The notes under the pieces are model-generated. The model had not been told where the DNA came from. It saw only the letters and a list, made by a program, of their open reading frames with translations, and made no database searches. A stretch of DNA of 58,947 nt, taken from assembly GCA_032718475.1 (NCBI GenBank), contig JAUCBJ010009085.1, forward strand, positions 1-58,947, read 5' to 3'. Origin of the DNA: Nemertoderma westbladi. Its lineage: Eukaryota > Animalia > Xenacoelomorpha. Shown here piece after piece: positions 36,662-48,283 of this stretch (within the stretch, counting starts at the first letter, position 1; each line of letters starts with the position of its first letter). The position numbers were made by a program, and so were the translations under genes.

Positions 36662-36862
36662 CTAACTAATGTTCTTGTGCCATGTTTCAGAACATCCGAG
36701 ACACAGCGATAGTTGGCCTGGACATTTGTTGCAATAATACCGCGTTACTTTCCTCCTGCCATTCGAGAAACAAACCCGGCATCTATTGCGTGGTTTTGCT
36801 ACTTTCTCAGTAGCAGGAAGCAAATCAACTGTATGAAATAGACCTAAACCTGGTAGAAACAA
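36662..36862 (-). pseudogene. piggyBac transposase C-terminal cysteine-rich domain relic
   Basis: H...P....PRNRCRVC...RKVTRYYCNKC...LCLGC..WH pattern. Confidence 0.8.
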
Positions 36863-38265
36863 GACCTAAATGGTGTATAACAAGCCTACGAGCTTATAAA
36901 TCTGATTGAATATAATTTGAGAATATTAAGATATATATATATACCCGTTGTAGGTTTAATCAATATTGAAATATATGTTATATAAGGATGGTTGACAATC
37001 CTCTAATGACACTAAATAAGAATAGTTTCTACTGACTAAGTTACTTATCACTACTAAATTACTTAAGTATATATAACGGGTTGAGATTATACAATCTCTA
37101 AATAAACAATAAACAAAATTTACACAGACAATTTTAAGGATAATTTTACAAAATTGTTACTAACCAGAACTTCGAATTTCTGGTTCTTATGGGGGGTGTA
37201 GTATGGAATTTTGAAACTAATAAAGTAGCATTCAATAGTTTGCATTGTCCAGATAAGGAAATGCCACCATCTGATGGCTTATAATCTACACTATAAACAA
37301 ACGTACCCGGAGTGTCCTATACCTAGAAGTTAATTATCGTAGCCTACGCTAACGGACCTATTAACCACTTTACAACCCAAAATTAATTAAATTAAATTTA
37401 AATTAAATTTCAGGAAAGTGTTGTACTCTAAACCCTAGATTAGATACTAACACTTGTACAACATATAACTCGCAGTTAAATATACTTGAACAGCTAAAAG
37501 AACCACAGCATCTGCTGGATTAAGCGGAGTATTTAGTCTTATTCATCTGATGCTAACGAAATCACCAGTCGAGCTACAACAAGCAGTAAAGTAGTACTGG
37601 GGTTAAATTAACTATTACGGTATGTACAACTAGCAGAATTACTGTAGGAATAAACTTAGGGACATGAATGTTGTACATTACATGCATAAACTCTGAATAA
37701 TAAGTATTACGCTACCTTTACAGATTATTTAAATAAAACACAAACCAAAAAGCTGACACACTACCGCCAAATCTAAAATAAACTACAATAGTTGAAGTTT
37801 GCGAAAATATTAGTTAGTAAGCGTTCTAGACTACATGGTACGACTTATTCTTTAGTGGAGGATTTACCTTACAGACATGGATGCCTCCACTTCCTAACTA
37901 GCACTCTATCAGACAAATAACCCATATCACTGCAATTCACCTCAAACCCAACAACAATCAGATAACAATTCAGCCTACGAGTTACTTCTACAATCTGAGC
38001 AGGATTATACACCTTCTGCTCAATACTAGACTTACAGATAAACTAAGCTGACAGAAATATTTAAACTATAAAAGAAATAAAGGGTGTACGGGCCCTAGTC
38101 TCTTAAACAGCCCATGAATATATAAATATATCACAATCAAATTAATACATTAATATGCAGTACCAGACCGGTACCGCTAGGCAGCTAGGCCTACAAGTAC
38201 CACTCGACCATTGCAGTAGGATTTTATTGCCCTACGGAACAATAAAATAGGAGAAAATCTATTAA
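36861..38265 (-). mobile_element. 5' leader of a related, older BEL element
   Basis: Collinear with, but clearly more diverged from, 52117-53544 than the LTR pair are from each other. Confidence 0.75.
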
Positions 38266-38323
38266 TGTTCTTAGCTAGAGTCTTACTGGTTAGAAATATA
38301 TAATATATAATATAAAATAATAA

Positions 38324-39402
38324 TATTCGCGCTTTTAGACCTTTAGCAGTTTAACCCGCTAATTTAAGTGTCTTAGGAATTGACAATCACCCGGACTAAT
38401 TGACATCAGCTGAAGCCAGTCTAGCGCGGCGTATGACCCACGGATGTGGGAGACTGGATTCTATTTTAGAGAGAGGAGTAGGCTACTTTGTATTATTCGA
38501 TTGATCATACTATATAATCTCCGACAACTATATTTACTTTCGGGGAAATATTAACAGTTCCTTTGGGGCGTGGCGCTTTAATTATCAAACAGAGTTATGA
38601 CTGACACTAATTACAACTAGTGGCAATGAGATAACGCAAATGGCGCATTCTTTAGGAATGCTTTATTAACTTTCACACTCAATTTCTGCACTAATATTCA
38701 CACTAACATACACTGATTTGCCGACTGTCACCGATTTTAGTCATATATAAGGATTATGAAATAGCATTGAATTCATACAGACCACTAAAAATTGAGCCAC
38801 AATAGCTACTGATACACCCTTCTGCTTACCTCAGTAATTAAGAAAGTTAAGGGGGATTTAATGATCATTCATCAGTATTCTCCAAATATAATATCCAGTA
38901 ATATATAACAACAGCTAATAACAGTATAAAACAGTAAAAACGGTGCTAGAGGCGCAACAGCAGTGTTGCAGTATCAGAATTCAGCATTACGATAGTGTGT
39001 TATGAATCGGTATGATATGTGAATTGATATGGTATGAAATACATTTGAAATGAAATGCAGTGTATAAATGTTAATAGATTGGCATTCTTATGACTCTCTC
39101 AGGCCACTGATGTTTTCGGGCGAAGTCAGAACAGCTAGAAAATCAGAATGAATGAATTCTGAGAAATTTGCCGCATTGCCTCATTTCATATAGGCTACAG
39201 AGCACAGGTAAAGGGATATCAATCTGATTGGCTGAAATATCTCAACAACTAACACAGATCCTTCACACAAAGAAACAGCTGGTAGATTTCGTCCTCTCAG
39301 TTCTGAGTTTGGACAGACACATAGTTGCATAAGTTTATAAGTCTTTTAGAGTATTTAGCGCATTGCTCAAAATGACTTATTTTGTCCGCAACAGCTTTTA
39401 CA
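38324..39402 (-). repeat. BEL 3' LTR
   Basis: Starts TGTAAAAGCTG on the minus strand; highly similar to 53545-54466 plus a ~165-bp extra segment; terminal AACA reads AATA. Confidence 0.88.
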
Positions 39403-39410
39403 CCGCTCCC
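39403..39410 (-). promoter_or_regulatory. Polypurine tract of the BEL element
   Basis: GGGAGCGG immediately 5' of the LTR TG on the minus strand. Confidence 0.7.
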
Positions 39411-39480
39411 AGAAAATGGGATTTAAGTCTATATAATATACAAAAAATCATAGTTTCTAATATAAAAATACTCTAAACTA

Positions 39481-40851
39481 TCAGTCCTTCTTTCGCGAAC
39501 GGTGTTTATGGAGTTTCTTAAGACTTGCAAGAGTCTTTTTCTCAATTTGGCGAGTCACTTTACTAGGAGGGCTATAACTCCTGCGGGAAGGGTGTAATAC
39601 AATTGCATCGGAAGGGTTAGGATTGCGGTCGGTGTATCCGCTGGTCGAGGTACCCGGTTGGTCGATATCGTATCGGGGGATCGGGATTGAACAACCTTTA
39701 GGGCTCGTTTCAGGAAGGCAGCTCTTACTGGTCCTTGATTGGTTGTCTGTACAACAGCAGTAGGTCGACTGTATGTAGTAAGGAATTTTCTCGGTTTAAA
39801 TCGTTCTTTCTAATTCGCGTTCCCTTGCTTTGTATTCATAGCTTTGTAATTCGGGGTGTGTGTTTATGAATAATTCACCGTATTCAGAATCTTGTCGAAT
39901 AAGATTAATCAGATTATAAGAATCCAAGCTACTGGGATTGATATTTCTCAGATATTTACGGATGTATTTGGTTGAAACACTCTCGCCAACGCGTTTCATC
40001 AGTTCATAACTAGGAGTGCGAGATTTTTGTTCAACTGAGGAAAAGAGGTATGGGTGAAACGCATAAACTCTTTCGTATGCACATCCTGGATAATATCGGT
40101 GGCGTGATTCACAATGGAGATCCGCACTAGCTTCCCAAGATCTGATATACCGTAATGCAACTATTTCGTCCATGCTTTCTAGGTCTTGGTTGAAAGGGCA
40201 ATCGAAACTAGCATGTCCTTTGAATTGACAGTAGTGACATTGAGTCATGAATTGAGGACAAACAGCGAAAATACGCTGATTGTTAAGTCGACAATAAGCA
40301 TAATAAATTTCCATAGAAGGTTGATCTTTAAAGTAGGAGCAGAGTTTGTTGGAGTCTAAAAGGGTAAAGTGGTTATGTGATGGACATAATCAGCAACGTT
40401 TCCTAGAAATGTAATTACTACCTTGGTACCATTCCAACACATAATTGTTATCACTACTCCTGGGTGTTGTGGGTTGAATTTCTTCAGATTCTAAGCAAAT
40501 TGGTTCTTCTTCAACCTGCAGAGCTTCGACAGATATACCCATTTTCTCTAGGGAACCCACTGTTTGAACTTCCACAATAGAGTATCCTGTGAGGATTCTG
40601 GGTCTTTGCATAACAGATGAATGTAGATTTTGTATGCAAACATCCTTGAAAATGGCAAATCCAGCACTATCTAACTTCTCAGCGGCGGAATCTCTCAAGC
40701 TGAGTTTGGTTAATGCGTGGTCTTTAAACTGACTATCAACGTGACGGAACAGAATCAGAAAGCGCCTAAAGCATTCAAATCGGATGAATTTATTGTGTTC
40801 ATCTAGTTTAGCGAGTTTAGTCCAAGCATTAAGGGGTATGAATAACCAGAT
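39481..40851 (-). pseudogene. BEL accessory ORF B, unknown function, with CCHC zinc knuckle and basic C-terminus
   Basis: One frame of 457 codons with two internal stops (40392-40390, 39798-39796) joins track ORFs 40390-40698 and 39796-40314; CHYCQFKGHASFDC; ends KKLHKHRSRKKD. Confidence 0.7.
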
Positions 40852-41427
40852 TTATGACGCACAATGGTACCAGTTGTTCACCGAAGTTTCTTCCGTCCTT
40901 TCAGTCCTTGTAGCAATGGCTGTGATTAGGAGGAAGTTGTTGTTAGTTGATTATCCAACCAATGTAAAGAGAGACAGAGGTTGATATTGTAAATATCAAC
41001 ACGGTGATACATGGACAGGAGATATGGACACCAATATAAGCACCCAGATAAACAGTAAGGGGATGGGGAGGTTTCATGACAGATGGTACGTTAGTACCAT
41101 GATACAGCTATGATTGGTCAATATTCGCCACAAAGCTCCAAGTGCGCTGGGTAGAGAAGAAGGGAGGAAGAGGGTTTCTCTGCCAACATTTCGTATCCTT
41201 GATTGTGTTGGGTAGAGGGAGAGGAGGGTAGGACAGAGGAAGGATATGGAGGGGTAGTATCTATAAGATACCACAATGGCCATGTTTCCTTTCGCGTCAT
41301 TACTCATTCCTACGCTTTTATTGTGACACTGATCATAACAATTGCAGGAAGAGGATGAGGTAAGAGGAAGTTACAGCCTCCCGAAGGAGACCGCCCATGA
41401 GCACCCTCGCCCTGGGGAAAAACTATT

Positions 41428-41650
41428 CACATTATAATAATAATAATATTAATAATATTGGTTATTTATATAGCGCTTTATTATGCTCGGCATACTCAAA
41501 GCGCTTTTATTATCATTACCCCAGCAAAGCCAGGTTCCCATTATACCGGTGGGTTGGCATAGGCACTAATGTCTAAAGTGTCTTGCCTAGGGACACAACA
41601 GTGCGAAATTTCTACAGCCTTTAGTCAGATTCGAACCTGCGCCACCAAAC
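41428..41650 (-). mobile_element. 5'-truncated tRNA-derived SINE with L2-like 3' tail
   Basis: B box GGTTCGAATC, core GTGTCCCTAGGCAAGACACT, AAAGCGCTTTGAG...AAAGCGCTATATAAAT stem-loop, (ATT)n tail; ACTATT TSD at 41422-41427 and 41651-41656. Confidence 0.85.
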
Positions 41651-41651
41651 A

Positions 41652-42996
41652 CTATTGTGTAAGCAGTTCAGGCGCCATATCCACTCCGACACTGCTGTCA
41701 CTATCTACATTATCTACTCTATCTACATTATGGACCCTTGGCGTTAAGATATGTTTTTCCTCTAGCTGATTCTCCTCTGCTTGTCTTTGAAAACGTTCGT
41801 CTAAGAACTCTTGTAACGAATATGTACATCCAAGTTCAATGTCTCCCTCCAGATTCTCGATTTCTCGATTGAACTGAGGTAAAGCTAATTCTTTTATCGC
41901 TTGTACTTGTTGATATAGTCTACGTTTGTCTAAAGAATCATAGGTTCCCTTTCCGATCTTTTGCCAAATTGCGTCCAGTGCGTATGACACTTTCCTCCAC
42001 CTCGGTGACAGGTTGTATCGGAGTCAAACCGGGACGATTATATGGGTTGAACTGAGATATTATATGTCTGCGTCCCAATCCGGCTAAGTAGGATGGGCGA
42101 ATATCCAAGGAGCCCACAACCGGAGTGCCACTGACTAATTGTTCGGGTAGCACCAGATCTTTGAACAATGAGTACAACTCCGGAGGATCTGTCATACTGT
42201 TAGGGTCGAGAGTCTGCGGTCGCAGTGGTCAATAAGTAGGTCTGACCGAGCATTCCGGAACTCTGATAATAGGTTTACTAAAGGATTGTTTGAGTCGAGC
42301 GAGCGTGTGTGACACATCGAACAGGTTTCACTCAAAACTCCCTTAAGTATAGCGAGTGAAACTATGTTTAGCGCAACGTCTCCGCGGGCGTTTATGGCGT
42401 TCCATTTGTTGATTGGGTCTAGGGCATTCATTGCAGTAATACCAAAGACACATGTCTTGTAAAGGAAACACTGGCAACCTTTCTCCTGTTTTACAATATT
42501 CCTTCATCTGTTCGAAGCTATCTGGTACAACAGGTAGGGGTTGATTAGCGGTAAGATAAATCATAGTAAAATACAATCGTTTAAGTTCCATCATAGGATT
42601 AGGATGTATACCTTGCGGATATCGAGTTTCTAGATTTTGTTGACTAGCTAAACTGAGATAAGTTTCACTCAGGAACTCTAAATATTCATAAAAGTTAGTA
42701 TGCTTATCTGGTTCTTCAACATCTTCTCTTTCGTGTCAGTTTCGAATAGAATTTTCATGTTCGATTTTCAGTTTGTCGTTCCGACTCCGCTGGGCGTGAT
42801 ATTTAAATAAAATCATCTCCCTTTTGGTATCCACATCGTCCATATCATGTAAATCGATAGGATGACCAGTAGTCAAGAAGTCCATATACGTACCATTACG
42901 ATGCGTATAGCGCGCGGTGAATTTTCTATAGTCCAATTCACGTTTGAGCTGTTCCTCGGACATTGGCGGTTCGATATAACGTCCATCATCTTCCAT
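41652..42996 (-). pseudogene. BEL accessory ORF A, unknown function (~445 codons)
   Basis: Five abutting or overlapping minus-strand ORFs. The first two are in frame across a single TGA (42738-42736); the rest are linked by short frameshift overlaps. Confidence 0.65.
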
Positions 42997-43915
42997 CGTA
43001 TGTTGACTCGCGTCGCTGCTTATTAAACTATCAACAAACGCTTATAGAGGTAGAGTATATCACTCCCTGATACCAAGATCATCTTCTATATATATATATG
43101 AGTTTATCGATATTATAAATAAAGGCTAGCGGGTGTCACTGCCCTATTATCCCCCACTGCCCCTGGACAGCACTGAGATCCTCAGTGCTGATGTACTGCT
43201 GTCGCTGTGCCCCTCACCAAAGTAGTAGCCACACAACGACAACAATAATCAGCGCGAGTCACTCTACTGTCCGACCCAATGGCTCGAATATACTGGAGGT
43301 GATTATTGCAGATGTAGGATAACTCACAATTGCAGCTCGCTACTGTAAACACACTTTAGTAGTAACATTCACCTATAAATACACAAATTCCATATTCCTG
43401 CCACAATTCATACAAATTAGGGCCATTTGTCCATTAGTCAAATGCCATCCAGAATGCCACGTTGTTATTATGTATCCTTGGATACTATCGAGATGCTATG
43501 TATTACACATTCTATTCAATGGGGCAAGCTTTCTATTGTTCATTTCACTTACTTCTAATTCTAGTGTGGTTGTTACTATGGTGACATTATGCAAAGCTAG
43601 CGGTAGAATTAGGGTATTTCTCATGCATGCAGATCTGGGATGCTATTTAATAGCGACTCTTGGGTTATTAATATTCTCTTTATATATGATATTTATTAAT
43701 TTTGTCGTCTATTGGCTGCACACTGGGAGATTCTCTCACACTGCTATACTTAATAGGGTGAATCTCCGATCCCATGATCTATTAATTGACTAAATTTTGG
43801 GAATATAATAAATTGTATAAAATGACAATTTATTAATTTATTTAATTCATGAGAGGATATGAATTTAAAGTTTATTCCCGTTAATTTTATTATTTAATAT
43901 TAGAATAGACACAGT

Positions 43916-44205
43916 TTTATTCCAGAACATGTCTGGGGACGCTAACCATAGATTGTAGAAATTTTGTCTTTTAAGTATATCGGAGGGTGCCGCGATATCT
44001 TAATCGACTATATTTTTAGAGGATCTAAGGGTTTAACATATTTTTATTTTAACATTTTATTATAACAAATGTTGTTAATTTTTAACAAATAGTTATTAAT
44101 ATTAGGATGGGCACCGATTTATTCCAGAACATGTCTGGGGACGTTAACCACTGATTCTAGAAATTTTGTCTTTTAAGTATATCAGTGGGTGCCGCGATAT
44201 CTTAA
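43916..44205. repeat. Two ~90-bp direct repeats about 200 bp apart
   Basis: TTTATTCCAGAACATGTCTGGGGACG...GGGTGCCGCGATATCTTAA at ~43916 and ~44118. Confidence 0.9.
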
Positions 44206-44878
44206 AAGAATAGAATTTCAGATGGTCAAAGGGATTAACAGATTTATTGGTCAAAGAATTTAACAAGTTTACTTTAACAGCATTACTGTGAAATGGACAT
44301 CTTTCTACTATATGTATTATTTAGAAATACGGTATGAGATCAATATTGCAAGAAGCAATATCAGTGAGAAGAGGCAAGTCGTTTCCAAGGTCTACCCAGA
44401 GCTTGGTTTAGCCGAGACACGAGGATCTGAACTTTGCATTCCTAATACTCTACTTTACCAATAATACCTAAGTATAGTAGGAGCAGTATAGATTGTTCTT
44501 TAATAAGTACCAATATTTCATCTTACTGTAGTCACGTATTCATAATATAATACAGACAGTAAGGAAGGAGAAAATGAAATTATTTCCCGCCATTAACTAA
44601 ATATATTATATGCTAAGTAATAAAACACGAAATATATTGTACTTATCTACTGAATAATCGTCTATAAAAAATTTTCTACTAAATAAAAATAAATAAAACG
44701 ATCATAATAATATAAATTACATAATAATGCGTACATAAATATAAAATAAAACAAATAAAATAATATGGTCACACACCCACTCCAATCGATGTTATGTTAT
44801 GGAGTCCCTAGATGTTTATTGGATTAGGGAGGTGGTCGTAGGAAGAGTCTTTTGTTTACTGTAGTTGCCAGACAACTC

Positions 44879-45931
44879 TCAGTCTCGTTCCAATAAACAT
44901 AGGCGACCAACTGGGTGGTTAAGTTGCAGAGTTTCAAAAACAATTCCGGGTTTTTTGTAGTTACGTCGCATGACTACGAGTTCCACTGATCTCACTAAAC
45001 CATCATCGGATATATGGGTCTCGATGATACGACCTATCTGCCACCTCTTATGGGGAAGATCTGATTCCACTATGAGGACCATGTCTCCGGCGCTGACATT
45101 TTCTTGCTGCGCAAACCTCTTTGTTCGAAGCTGCAGCATAGGAAGGTTATATTTTTTGAAATGGTCAGCGAAACGACGGGATAATAACTGCATAAGTTGC
45201 CAAGTTTGTCGGAACTATTCGTCTCCATCCGTTATTTCCACTAAGGGAGCATGGCTACAGGTTTCTTCAGTATGAAATGTGCGGGTGTTAGCGCTTCTAG
45301 GGAGTCTGGACTCGACGAGACTGGCATAAGCGGTCTCTCGTTGAGATAGACTGCTATTTCCTCCATTAACATCCGTAAAAGTTCGTCGGTGAGATACACG
45401 CGGCACGGCACTATGAAGTGAAATGCGGTCTTCACACTGCGTATGAGTCTCTCCCAACTTCCTCCCCACCAAGGGGCGTTGGCGGCATTGAAGGTCCAGC
45501 TGGATGCTGTTACTCTCAGCTGATCATCCGATGAAATTAGTACCTTTGTCAGATCTCATAGTATTGCTAGTCCCAAAACGAGCGATTTGTCGGCATAAAC
45601 TCAGTATGAAACTGTTGGTAGATAGATCATTCACCATATCAAGATGGATCGCTCTACAAGTCATACAAACAAAGATGACGCACCATCGCTTGACTATAGT
45701 CCTAGCGTGATACACTTCAATTGGGACAAATAAATCCACGCTGGTATTGGTAAAGGATGGTTCATAACAAATTACTCTTTCCCTAGGTAATTCTGCCTCT
45801 TGCTGTGTTAAATGCTACTAAATGCTTTCCTACATGGTATAAAGTTCCTAAGAACTTGGTTTAGCGCTTTACGCGGCTTATGAAAATAATAGCGAGTTCG
45901 AATTTCGCTAAGAACTCGTTTTCTACCAGCA
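44879..45931 (-). pseudogene. BEL integrase plus C-terminal domain, frameshifted
   Basis: HAG zinc motif, RAIHLDMV, SDKGTNF, WWGGSWERL, LNERPL, LTPAHF, SDDGLVRSV. Confidence 0.93.
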
Positions 45932-45932
45932 T

Positions 45933-47850
45933 ACTACTACTACTACTACTACTAGTATCAGCATGCTGCATTGCAGCTGCATTTTTAAGAATGCTGTGCT
46001 GGCTTGTCAACAAAATTGTGCCGCCACTACTCCCTATCACCCATGACATTTGCTAGATCATCTGCATCTTCAAGGCCAGTGTCCTTTAAGATGCATCTCA
46101 AGAAAGTCATGGGCTGTCCACCATGCTTATTCACTCCATGAGGCTGCCAAAGTACAAGATTATGCACTGGCTGGTCCTCACGGCGAAAGCGATGTCCTGG
46201 AAAGCGGAGGCGATTTTGTTCTAGTGTCAAGCTTGGGGGAACCAATGAGACACCTCCAATGTTATATAGTGTCTGGTTGGAGATGTGTGCATTGTACTTG
46301 ACACAATGAACCCGGCATAGCATTCTTGTGAATGTGCCATCCAGAGATTTGGTGTCCTCAGCAGTTAGGGCCCAGCATGGACTCCCATAGAGGAGTACTG
46401 GAACTACTGCTGCTCTAAATAATCAGGCGTTAAGTTTCCGATTAATTCTCAGTGACTTCCAAATCCTGGAAAGCCTATTCAAGGCTGCCCATGCCTTTCC
46501 CTTACTTATTCGAAGGTCCTCACCTGACTTCCGGATCCATGATCCCAGGTAACAGAAGTCGTCCACATGCTCAAGCATACCATCCTTTGAGCTTATGCTC
46601 ATCCGATCAGAGACTCGCTGAGAACTTTCAAAGTTAACTGTCAAAATTTTGGTCTTTCTGGAGTTAATAAAAAGACCAACACTAGAAGCAGCATGTTCTA
46701 ATGAGCTGAGGAGTCGTTGGGCTTCCTCTAGTGATTCTGAGAGTACTCCTAAGTCATCAGCAAAGTCTAGATCAGTTAGGTACTTGGCAGGATTTCCTCG
46801 ACTTCTGGAGCCAGTAGGTAGAGTTATCATCACCCCATCATCATTATGATGTTCTAAGGACACGTATAGAACATAGTCAACCACAATTATGAACAAGAAT
46901 GGTGCAAGTGTGTCTCACTGGAGGACGCCCCATAACACTTCAAATGTTTCTGTGTCACCATCAACTGTAGACACAAATGTTGTCGAACCATCGTATACTG
47001 ATCTGATTGCTGCAATAATTTCATCAGGAATCCCATATAATGAAAGTATGCTGTACATACGTGAGCGGGAGACTGAATCAAAGGCCTTGAAGAAGTCAAC
47101 AAAGATAACAGCCAGATGCCTGTCTTTCTTTTTTGATAACTCTTCAATTATCCTTCTAAGTGCCAAAATGGGTTCCATGGTCCCACGACCTTTACAGAAC
47201 CCATTCTGATTTCCACGGAGCAGTCTCTCAATGGGATCCCTGATGCGATTTAATATAATTCTATTGTATAGCTTTGCAGCAATCGAGATCAATGAATATC
47301 CATAGTGGGGGGTTGGGGGGGGGGGGGGGGGGGGTGCTTTTTTGCCGAGTCAGCTCTTGGGGCAAATACCACACACTGGTTTGCCGTTCCACAGGGTGGG
47401 TGTCGCAGTGGAGTCAGATATGAGGCCCATCACCCATATCTACTCTGGCGCACATGACCCACCATTGGCTGTGCAGCTCATCTGCTGGGTCATGCCCTTT
47501 ACCCCTGCTGCCAGGTGCAGGTCGCAGTGAAGTGTACTCAGAGTGAACATGAGAACACTCTACTCCTGACCAGCCATTGGTAGATCACCATCTGCCTGGC
47601 CAGGCCATATACCCCTGCAGCCAAGTATATGGGTCCTTAATCCAGGACCAACAGCGTCCTAATCCCAGAACAATGGGGGTCCTAGTTACAGGACCAGATT
47701 TGCCCTAGTAAGAAGGTCTATGCAGCTACAGGTGGCACCTCCTTTATGCTGCATGGAGGTGGCAAGTTTTCTTGATCAATGACCTAGAATACCTGACATG
47801 ACCAGAGAATACATGACAATGGTAAAGCTTACTATGAACCAATCATCTTG
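45933..47850 (-). mobile_element. RTE-type LINE with a large internal deletion, nested in BEL pol
   Basis: (TAC)n tail at ~45932-45953, RT fragments (FVDFFKAFD, DFADD), and a 5' UTR homologous to 58450-58770 joined to the RT at a G-tract. Confidence 0.9.
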
Positions 47851-48145
47851 AACTACATCTGCAATCATCTTGATTTGTATTTCAAGATTTCTAATTAGTA
47901 TGGGAAACTTAGTGTCAAAGGACAATGGAGCATTGGTTATTCTCCCTCCGACGCGTAGTAGCCCATCTATCATTGTTCTAGAAAAAGAACCCCTTAAGCG
48001 CATCTGTGGATTTCTTAACAACTGGAAATACTTTTCGGAATTCTCATAACATTGCAGGAGACTCAGTATTTGCTTGTTGGTATCGTGATGTTCTTGGTGA
48101 CTGATTTTGTCAGTTAGAAACTTAGTGGGTAGCTGATAAGTGGGA
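47850..48145 (-). pseudogene. BEL pol linker before integrase
   Basis: DGLLRVGGRI.NAPLSFDTKFPIL motif. Confidence 0.85.
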
Positions 48146-48245
48146 NNNNNNNNNNNNNNNNNNNNNNNNNNNNNNNNNNNNNNNNNNNNNNNNNNNNNNN
48201 NNNNNNNNNNNNNNNNNNNNNNNNNNNNNNNNNNNNNNNNNNNNN
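48146..48245. other. Assembly gap (100 N)
   Basis: Run of N between BEL protease and the pre-integrase linker, where RT/RNase H is expected. Confidence 1.
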
Positions 48246-48283
48246 TAGATTTCCATACTTGCATGATCCCTGAAAGATTTAAT

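Noticed and set aside
36861-39402. A single ~2.5-kb LTR
   Set aside because: The sharp drop in identity at 38324, a second TGTTC terminus at 38266 and the relative's LTR piece at 54467-54649 favour a nested insertion.
43186-43230. Hammerhead ribozyme next to the hairpin
   Set aside because: It has CTGATGT instead of CTGANGA and no correctly placed GAAA.
43470-43793. Hydrophobic 107-aa plus-strand ORF as a possible env or membrane protein
   Set aside because: It is short, antisense to the element and in T-rich sequence that yields hydrophobic codons by chance, with no recognisable motif.
48146-48245. BEL element naturally lacking RT/RNase H
   Set aside because: The missing domains coincide with the assembly gap, so their absence cannot be claimed.
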